DNA from: Eledone cirrhosa
Taxonomy: Eukaryota
Assembly (NCBI GenBank): GCA_964016885.1
Contig: CAXHJY010000727.1
Coordinates: 1-32,313 of the forward strand
Reading direction: 5' to 3'
DNA: 32,313 nt
Part shown: in pieces, positions 23,823 through 32,313 of the stretch
How the letters are laid out: each line of letters begins with the position of its first letter
How positions within the stretch are numbered: position 1 is the first letter of the stretch
The notes under the pieces: generated by a model
What the model was told of the DNA's origin: nothing
What the model saw: only the letters and a program-made list of their open reading frames with translations
The model's database searches: none
Translations under genes and position numbers: made by a program

Positions 23823-23899
23823 CGAGGCGGACTAACCCGTTACCATTACATTGCTCTATATATACTATTATATTTTCAAAGTAAAGGCATTATCTTATA

Positions 23900-24059
23900 T
23901 AATTACCTCACATAATATTGAATCTATGAGATTTTGATATTATTTATTTTAAGAACAATACCTTAACATAACTATGAACAGCCGGTTCCAGCCAGTTTGA
24001 ACAGAAAGAAGTGAGAGAATTCTGGCCGGATATGACCAGTTTAAATGCTAAAGGGTTAA
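23900..24059. mobile_element. piggyBac-type MITE end fragment
   Basis: Ends GGCCGGATATGACCAGTTTAAATGCTAAAGGG-TTAA. The left boundary is uncertain. Confidence 0.5.
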
Positions 24060-24302
24060 ATGAGAGTGAAGTTGATTGTCAATGTGTTTACATTAGGCAA
24101 TATCATTAGGTGATGAACAGAGGAATTTTAGTTTTCATTAATTTCATGACACTTAACTGTTGCGCTGGCTGAATCTTTGTCTACAACAGTGGCCCCAAAA
24201 GTTTGAGAACCTCTGGTCTACATGGTCGACTGGATCTTTGTCAGCAAACATTTCGTAATTTTTTATTCTTTTACTGGTTTCAGCCATTATTAATCTACTA
24301 AT

Positions 24303-24422
24303 GGCGGTGGATTGGCAGTATTGGTAGAGGGTCGGACGCCATGCTTTGCAGCAAAGAGTTACGGTCCTTTATGATCTGAGTTCAAATCCTGCCGAGGTTA
24401 ACTTTGCCTTTCATCCTTACGG
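24303..24422 (+). mobile_element. tRNA-derived SINE, 3'-truncated
   Basis: GGCGGTGGATTGGCAGTATTGGTAGAG...GAGTTCAAATCCTGCCGAGG. Confidence 0.9.
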
Positions 24423-24499
24423 TATTATTAGACTACTAATGAAGCGGATGTCTAAGAGGAATGTTTTTTTTACTCCAGAAGCTAAAAGATGGCTGGATT

Positions 24500-24605
24500 T
24501 AAGGGCAAAACCAACCAGCAGGAGACCCAAGGGTAAACCCCAGAGCAAGATGGTTGGATAACATCTATGAGCTTGGATGATTTCGCTTGGGGATCCAGCC
24601 TATCT
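24500..24605 (+). mobile_element. Short decayed RTE-like C-terminal fragment
   Basis: RAKPTSRRPKGKP / ARWLDNI resembles the GRRPRGRPR.RW.D motif. Confidence 0.5.
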
Positions 24606-24804
24606 GTAGTTTGAGTGTTATTTCGTAGCTATTTCTAGCACATCGAGGGGGCAGATGTGTGCACAACGTTTACTTCTTGATTATCTCATTTACTACTTTG
24701 GCAAAACTTTGCTGCTCTGGGGAGGTTACAAGAGCGAAACATGTCGTGAATTGTCACAGAATACTTGATAGTTCACATAGATGTCAAAACTATATATATA
24801 TATA

Positions 24805-25215
24805 TATCACAGAAAAAAAGAGAATCAGTGTTGCGACGAATGGAATTTATTGGACATATGACAATCGTTTCTCTGGCGACCAGCTCGAGGCACGATCGAT
24901 GTGATGATCGAACCTGACTCTGAAAAACGCAAGGTTCTCGGATACGAAGCAGATTTTCCTATGGACATAGGGAAATCTGCTTCGTAGAATCAAGACGTAT
25001 CTGAGGACCTTGCGATTTTCAGAGTCAGGTTCGATCATCACTTCGGTCGTGCCTCGAGCTGGTCGCCAGAGAAACAATTGCAATATGTCCAATAAATTCC
25101 ATTCGTCGCAACACTGATTCTCTTTTTTTCTCTGATATCATACTCTGCTCTATGAGAGCATCGAGTGCTCATACGGCCTACCGCATACGGACGCTTTAGC
25201 ATCCAACACCAATTA
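24805..25215. mobile_element. PLE-like asymmetric foldback, family L
   Basis: Arms 24805-24963 / 24966-25137 (the left arm has a small deletion), tail to 25215. Hammerhead GACGTAT-CTGAGGA(25001)...GAAA(25071)...ATATGTC, then AATAAA. Confidence 0.85.
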
Positions 25216-25485
25216 TTATATATATATATGCATATATATATATGTATGTATATATATATATATATATATATAAACAATGAGTTATATGGTTTGTTGATTA
25301 TCATTCAACAAAATTAATTTTACACACACACACACACTTACACACACACACACTTACACACACACACACACACACATATGTATTTCTTTAATGATTTTTG
25401 TGCAACATAACTGCGTTCTAAGAAAATGACTAAATAAACTTATATGTGTGTGTGCCTACACATATATCTACATATATTATGTATG

Positions 25486-25557
<72 letters not shown>

Positions 25558-25605
25558 TATATTTGTCTGCATATATACATATATGCATATATATATGTGT
25601 ATGTA

Positions 25606-26055
25606 GATAAATCTACCAAAATATGCGGTAGTGTCCAATCCGTATGAAGAACTCAATGTAATCCAAATATCATGAAAAGAAAAGATGTATTCAAAATTTG
25701 TTTCGATGAAAATCACAGGAAAACAGAGTCAAGATAAATTAACAAAAACAATGAATAAAAACAAAGAAACAGTTCCTTATATTAAAAAATTCATCATTTT
25801 ACGATCGTTTCTAGGATATATATGTCTGTGTTGGTATGTATATCATATAGATCTATGTAAAAATTATTTCTGAAGACAGCATATATATGTGTAGGTATGT
25901 ATATTCCGTCTGATAGTTTGTAACATTTTTACATAGATCTATATGATATACATACCAACACATACATATATATCCTAGAAACGATTGTAAAATGATGAAT
26001 TTTTTAATATAAGGAACTGTTTCTTTGTTTTTATTCATTGTTTTTGTTAATTTAT
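25606..26055. mobile_element. PLE-like asymmetric foldback, family M
   Basis: Arms 25734-25864 / 25925-26055, tail to the left. Hammerhead ATTATTT-CTGAAGA(25870)...GAAA(25978)-CGATTG-TA-AAATGAT. A fragment of the same family lies at about 31940-32015. Confidence 0.8.
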
Positions 26056-26916
26056 ATGTGTATGTACATTTATATCTGCATATATTTATGTATGTGTGTG
26101 TTTATATATATATGCATATATATATATGTGTGTCTGTATATAAATGTATGAATGAATGTAAATGTATATATACACACACACATATATATATAATGTGTGT
26201 GTGTGTGTGTGTATGTATATATGCATATATATATATGTGTGTGTGTGTCTGTGTGTGTGTATACATTTACATTCATTCATTCATACATTTATATACAATG
26301 AAAGTCGTTTATAAATATCACTGTTGCGATAGTCTTTTAAATATGACAATAAACAAGTGATAACATTATGCAGAGGACACAACTATATGCTTGAGAAAGC
26401 AGTTGAAAACTACAACAATTTTGATGTTATTCATAATTATAATATGCGGCTTTCAGTGTACGATATAATTGTTTTGTTTAGCTTAACCCCTTTTGATACC
26501 AACCGACCCCAAACCGTCTCAATTTTTATGTCTTTTTAACGAACCTTTCTATTTAAATTAGAACCTTCCACAATAATTTGATATAACTACCCTCCTCTTT
26601 ATAATGGAATAATTAATAATTTTAGTAAGTCCCTCTGATAATCTTCATTGATATCTACTCGCCCCAAATTAATTCTGGTTCTATGGGACAAAATCACCCA
26701 TTTTGTGCATACATACGTGGTTCTGTAACTCAAGATGGCGTCGCAGTGAGGCTGTATTGATATACGGCGTTTCTAGGGCATTTTTAAAAACCTGGTGGAG
26801 CTCATCTCATCTCCAGGTCTCCCACTTTATAGGAGGTCCTAAATAGATTAAAACCTTCCACAATAATTTGATATAAGAACCCTTTGTTGTTTTACGAGTA
26901 GCACCATATTTATAAT

Positions 26917-27084
26917 TGTTTCTACTTTTGGCACAAGGCCAGCAATTATCCCAGTGCATTACTGGTACTTTATTTGATCGACCCCGTAAGGATGAAAGGC
27001 AAAGTTAACCTCGGCGGGATTTGAACTCAGAATGGCAAGGGCCGTAACTCTATGCGTCAAAGCATGGCGTCCGACCCTCTACCG
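26917..27084 (-). mobile_element. SINE with 11-bp TSD
   Basis: ATATTTATAAT at 26906-26916 and 27085-27095. Confidence 0.92.
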
Positions 27085-27485
27085 ATATTTATAATGAAAT
27101 AATTAATAACTTTAGTAAGTCCCTCTGAAGTCTTCATTGATATCTACTTTCCCCAGACTAATTCTTGTTCTACGGAATAAAATCACCCATTTTGTGTTTG
27201 CATACGTGGTTCTGTAACTCAAGATGGCGTCGTATACCAATACAGCGTTTCTAGGGCATTTTTAAAAGCCTTTTGGAGCCTATCTCTTCTCCAGGTCTCC
27301 CACTTTATAGGAGGTCCTAAATAAATTAAAACCTTCCACAATAATTTGATATAAGAACCCTTTGTCACAAACGCCATCTTAATAATAAAATAATTAATAA
27401 TTATAGTAAATCTCTCTAAATTCTTCATTAATATGAACTCAACCCGAACTAACTCTACGGAATAAAATCAACCACATTATTTAAA

Positions 27486-27651
27486 GATTGGCAGTATCGG
27501 ACGCCATGCTTTGACGCATAGTTACGGCCCTTGCCATTCTGAGTTCAAATCCCGCCGAGTTTAACTGTGCCTTTCATCCTTACGGGGTCGATAAAATAAA
27601 GTACCAGTAATACACTGGGTGTTTGCTGGCCCCGTTCCAAAAGTAGAAACA
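27486..27651 (+). mobile_element. SINE with 10-bp TSD
   Basis: ATTATTTAAA at 27476-27485 and 27652-27661. Small internal deletion between TCGG microhomologies. Confidence 0.92.
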
Positions 27652-28062
27652 ATTATTTAAATTAAAATCATTCAACATAATTTATTCATAAGAACCCTTT
27701 GTTAAGTTATGCATGTTACAAATACCTTCTTAATGAAATAATCGTTATAGTAAATCCCTCTAAATTCTTGATTAGCCCTTTCAATACCAACCCAGCCAAA
27801 CCCAACTCTCGTTCCATGAAATAAATCCAACAGTTTTGTTCCTATTTTAATTAAAATCTTCCCAGATAATTTTATATCGGAATCTTTTGTTAAGTTATGA
27901 TAGAAATACCGTCTTAATTAGGACATAATTAACGAATTCAGTGAAGTCCACTTAATTCCTTAATTGAGATACGAAGTACTTCATTAGAATTACGTTCAGG
28001 AAAGGGTTAAAGATTTTATACACGGAAGCTTGTTAATAAAATAGGGCTTGTGTAAAGCGTTG

Positions 28063-28085
28063 ATGGTGGTATCATCATCATCAGC

Positions 28086-28116
<31 letters not shown>

Positions 28117-28283
28117 ATTGTGGTGGTGGTGGTAGTGATAGTAGTGGTGGTGGTAGTAGTCGTAGAAGTAGTAGTAGTAGTGTAGTGATGGTGATGGTGG
28201 TGATAGTAGTAGTAGTAGAAGTGATAGTAGTAGTAGTAGTGGTATTAGTGATAGTAGTATTGGTAGTAGCGGTGGCGGTGGTT
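28063..28283. repeat. Compound (GTA)/(GTG) trinucleotide repeat
   Basis: Direct reading. Confidence 0.95.
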
Positions 28284-28288
28284 GTGTG

Positions 28289-28622
28289 AAGGGGTGTAGT
28301 TTAGTGGTTTGAGTGTGTCAGATTCAAAATCGGAAGATTGTGAGTTCGATTTTCGGACAGGGTGATGCGTTGTGCCCTTGAGCAAGACACTTTATTTCAC
28401 TCAGCTCCAGTTCACTCAGCTATAGAAATGAGTTGCGACGTCACTGGTGCCAAGCTATATTGGTCTTTACCTTTCCCTTGGAAACATCGTTGGCGTGGAG
28501 AGGTGAGGCTGGTATCGTTACGTATGGGCGACTGCTGGTCTTTTACACAAAAGCTTGTGCCTCGGAGGGGAATTTTCTAGGGGTATATATCCCATGGTCA
28601 TTCGTTACCGAAGGTGGCCGTT
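28289..28622 (+). mobile_element. tRNA-derived SINE with a CORE-like domain (second family)
   Basis: A-box-like TAGTTTAGTGGTT, B-box GAGTTCGATT, then TGCCCTTGAGCAAGACACTTTATTTCAC and a long 3' tail. Confidence 0.85.
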
Positions 28623-28771
28623 AGCCATTTTTTAGTAGTAGTAGTAGTAGTAGTAGTAGAATGATAACATCATAGTTACTATAATGTGCTTTAAAGCTAA
28701 TTGAAAGATGAAAATTAGTATTATTAGAAGGCATTCCGGCCATGACCACATGACCAGACATGCTTTTATTG

Positions 28772-28851
<80 letters not shown>

Positions 28852-28969
28852 TTATGCTTTGCTTTGATGAAATATATATATATATATACACACACACGAA
28901 TTTGTTTTGTTTCGTTTTAATCAAACCTATATATATGTATATATATATATAAATATATTTATATTTGTT

Positions 28970-29029
<60 letters not shown>

Positions 29030-29031
<2 letters not shown>

Positions 29032-29230
29032 ACAGACCCTCCATCTCAACTCTACTTTTGAAAAGCAGAAGAACTGCGAAACCGGTAAAGGAACCAAATA
29101 AATATATATATTTTTTTTTAGATAAGACTCCAGTTGCATTTTCGATTTCATCTTTTTTTCTTTATACTTTCACTCGTGTAGGACACCTCGGTTATTTTTC
29201 ATTTTGTAAAAAAAACCTCACTTTCTAATA
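29030..29230 (+). mobile_element. Family K single-arm copy with a variant hammerhead
   Basis: CTT-TTGAAAA(29058-29064)-GCAG/CTGC-GAAA(29078)-CCGG-TA-AAG. The 3' part matches 19595-19745. Confidence 0.8.
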
Positions 29231-29333
29231 TATATATATTTATATATATATATATTTATGAACACACATATATATATATGTGTAGTTAAATATTTATATT
29301 CATATGTTTAGATATATATATACATTTATATAT

Positions 29334-29399
<66 letters not shown>

Positions 29400-29540
29400 C
29401 TAAATATGTTTATATAGTAACAAAGCCTACTTTGTGTCTCCCTATATATATATGTATCATCATCATCATCATCGTTTAACGTCTATCTTCCACGCCAGCA
29501 TGGTAAACATCTTTATATATATATATATATATATATAAAA

Positions 29541-29641
29541 CATGAGAAGAAAGAAGAATACTGCGTGGTTGCACATGGGTTACATATGACAAAATTAGTC
29601 CCTCGTCAGTGATTTGCCAACCATCATTGATATTTCATCGC

Positions 29642-29642
<1 letters not shown>
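29541..29642 (-). mobile_element. Family H copy 2
   Basis: Reverse complement of 10651-10746. Lies in (TA)n. Confidence 0.6.
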
Positions 29643-29707
<65 letters not shown>

Positions 29708-29789
29708 ATGTTTACTTCTCTACTTAGGGCAATTTGATATGTAAACATATTACTATTCAGTTAGGTAAAATATAACATAACCGGTCGCT

Positions 29790-29992
29790 CTCCGACAGGT
29801 TTGCGGTCGTACGTACCCCTGGCAGTGAAGACTTCTGGTGTCCTCGGCCCCAGGGCTACCTCCTTACTCACAACCATAGGCGCTGAGCTAGCCAGCCTCG
29901 GGTGTGAGCCCCGCGAGTTGGAGCGACTTTTCCAGCGCGTCACCCTTGCCGTCCCCCGGGGAAACGCCTTCTCCATTCTGTCCGCTGGGGCT
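29790..29992 (+). mobile_element. CRE-like retrotransposon 3' fragment
   Basis: YVPLAVKTSGVLGPRATSLLTTIG...RELERLFQRVTLAVPRGNAFSIL. Homologous to 23620-23820. Confidence 0.8.
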
Positions 29993-30694
29993 GTGGGTGG
30001 GTCCCATGCGTACCGTTGTAGTTGTTGTATACAGATATTAACTCATCAATTCTAATTCTAGACCCGATACATAGCATAAATTCTGTATGTATGAAGAGAT
30101 TTGTAATAGACACACGCCGGGGAATTTTATGTCTAAATTTTATGTCTAAATTTTATGTCTAAATTTCTTACAGTGTATATATATATATATACATATAGAT
30201 GTGTGTGTGTGTGTGTGTGTGTATTTGTGTGTGTGTATTTGTGTGTGTGTATGTATGTATATATATATATATGTGTGTGTGTACGTATGAGTGTATGGTT
30301 ATATAAATAATATGTATATATACATGTATATGTATAATTTTATGTGTGGGTATGAGTAATTATTTATATACATGTGTGTATGAGTGCATATATATATATA
30401 TATATACATATATACATATATGCACACACACATACATATATTAGCATCAATTGCCTTAACATGGCTGTATGTAACATGTAATCACATCTCCACAAAAGCC
30501 ATGTTATCGAAGAATTCAAGCAAATGCAAAAACCCAATCCAGGAATGAAACACTTATTGCACAAGGCATAAATTAATTTTTAAACACGTCCTTCAAAATC
30601 ATACTACTGCCCTCCCCATCTTCACATAGTAGCATTGCTGCGACGACAACAAACGTCATCAGACTGCAGCCGTTGTTTTCTCTCGCGCTCTCGT

Positions 30695-30792
<98 letters not shown>

Positions 30793-30840
30793 TATATTAT
30801 AATTAAAGTTTAATTATAATTAAATATATATTATGATTAA

Positions 30841-30905
30841 AGTTTAAGCAAAGATTCCTTATCGAGCCCTCTTCGGATTTTAGTCTTCACATTTATTATT
30901 ATTAT
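30841..30905. repeat. Short dispersed repeat (family E)
   Basis: CCTTATCGAGCCCTCTT..G..TTTAGTCTTCACATTT also occurs at 2371-2412. Confidence 0.7.
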
Positions 30906-30927
30906 TACTATTTATATATAGTAAAAG

Positions 30928-31060
30928 CGCGTGCCCTTGGGCAAGAGACTTTATTTCACGTTGCTCATTCTACCTGCGACCGATATATAGTATTAGCAAT
31001 TGGAAATACCAATGGAAACATTGTTTTCTCGGTCCGATTTGACGAAAGTCGATCGAATGT
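30928..31060 (+). mobile_element. 5'-truncated SINE (CORE-like domain plus short tail)
   Basis: Matches 32145-32276. Confidence 0.8.
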
Positions 31061-31091
31061 CGAGATATATATATATATATAAAATCTTTGG

Positions 31092-31233
31092 AATTTAGTC
31101 CAGAAATAGACGTCGTAACGGCTTCAGCTCTGCCGTCGGGGTCATACATTTTCCTATTACCCACTCTACTACCCTAAATATTGAGTACTCTGGTACGTTA
31201 TGGTCCATCTGGTGCCTTACCACAACTCCTTCG

Positions 31234-31235
<2 letters not shown>
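31092..31235 (+). mobile_element. Family B single-arm diverged copy
   Basis: Matches 15183-15315 and extends the family 5' to TTAGTCCAGAA. Confidence 0.8.
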
Positions 31236-31267
<32 letters not shown>

Positions 31268-31395
31268 TCATCATTATCATCGTTTAAAGTCCATCTTCCA
31301 CGCTAGATATATATATATATAATTCAAGTTAAAAGAAATATTGATGCTCTGGGCTGGGAAAAAGTCCATTGAGCTTTTCTATTGAGAAACATAAT

Positions 31396-31564
31396 TGTTT
31401 CTACTTTAGGCACAAGCCCAGCAATTACTGGTACTTTATTTTATCGACCCCGTAAGGATGAAAGGCAAAGTCAACCTCGGCGGGATTTGAACTCGGATCG
31501 TAAAGGGACATAACTCTATGGAAAGCATGGCGTCCGACCCTCTACCGATACTGCCAATCCACCG
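31396..31564 (-). mobile_element. SINE with a 9-10 bp TSD
   Basis: GAAACATAAT at 31386-31395 and 31564-31573. Confidence 0.92.
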
Positions 31565-31608
31565 AAACATAATGATCATACATATATATGTGATGATAGC
31601 TTAAATTA

Positions 31609-31654
<46 letters not shown>

Positions 31655-31807
31655 ATATATGTGTGTGTGTGTATATATGTGTTTTTACAGAGAGGGCGTG
31701 AGCTCAACTGCTGGGCACGAACTATTTACAATACATAAATTCTACTTTCCCAAGTACTAAGTAATTAGCTGAACATTGTCTTACTAGTCTAAACTGGTAA
31801 CTCCCAA

Positions 31808-31840
<33 letters not shown>

Positions 31841-31870
31841 CTTTTATATATATATATAACTCCCAATCTA

Positions 31871-31937
<67 letters not shown>

Positions 31938-32014
31938 CTTCTTTTGTTTAATATAAGGAACTTTTTTTGTTTAATATAAGGAACTGTTTCATTGTTTTAT
32001 TCATTATTTTTTAA

Positions 32015-32059
<45 letters not shown>

Positions 32060-32061
32060 GT

Positions 32062-32279
32062 GAAGTCGTGTGGCTGAGAGGTTAGAGAATTGGATTCGCA
32101 ATCGTAAGGTTGTGAGTTCGATTCCTGGACCCGGCGATGCGTTTATGTCCTTGAGCAAGACACTTTATTTCACGTTGCTCCTTCTACCTGGAGTTGCGAC
32201 CGATAGATAGTATTAACAATTGGAAAGACCAACGGAAACATTGTTCCCTCGGTCCGATTTGACGAAAGTCGATCGTTCC
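32062..32279 (+). mobile_element. tRNA-derived SINE with a CORE-like domain and an alternative tail
   Basis: TGGCTGAGAGGTTAGAG (A box), GAGTTCGATTCC (B box), TGTCCTTGAGCAAGACACTTTATTTCACGTTGCTCC. The tail differs from that of the 28289 copy. Confidence 0.85.
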
Positions 32280-32313
32280 TATATATTTATATTTATGTGT
32301 GCGTCTATCTCTC

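Larger units (their letters stand above)
26483..28010. mobile_element. piggyBac-type MITE-derived tandem array
   Basis: Starts TTAA-CCCCTTTTGATACCAAC and ends AAAGGG-TTAA, with a second start at 27772. The internal AAAACCTTCCACAATAATTTGATATAAG unit recurs about five times. Confidence 0.7.

Noticed and set aside
32062-32135. tRNA genes at SINE heads
   Set aside because: A and B boxes are present, but there is no complete cloverleaf and each continues into a SINE body.
32195-32279. HDV-like ribozyme in the SINE tail
   Set aside because: The order of pairings does not give the nested double pseudoknot.

Overview
Eukaryotic, AT-rich, microsatellite-saturated non-coding DNA, most likely octopus/cephalopod judging from the SINE and MITE families (my recognition, not a database search). 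No host gene can be called with confidence, and nearly all listed ORFs are translations of (TA)n/(CA)n/(CT)n repeats. Recognisable elements are LINE 3' fragments (RTE, CR1-like, L1/Tx1-like, CRE-like), about a dozen tRNA-derived SINE copies (three with clear TSDs), piggyBac-type and hAT-type MITEs, and a MITE-derived tandem array. The dominant hidden structure is a set of more than 20 short (100-460 bp) inserts from at least a dozen families, almost all sitting inside (TA)n tracts. Most carry a full or partial type I hammerhead ribozyme, and many form asymmetric head-to-head foldbacks. This matches the pseudo-LTR termini of Penelope-like elements (PLEs). Seven otherwise dissimilar families share a small structural motif, ACUC-[stem-loop]-UY-GAGU. 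In the six with a foldback copy it begins a few nucleotides beyond the point where the short arm ends, making it a candidate cis-element for PLE priming or recognition. All folds were read by eye and are not computed.
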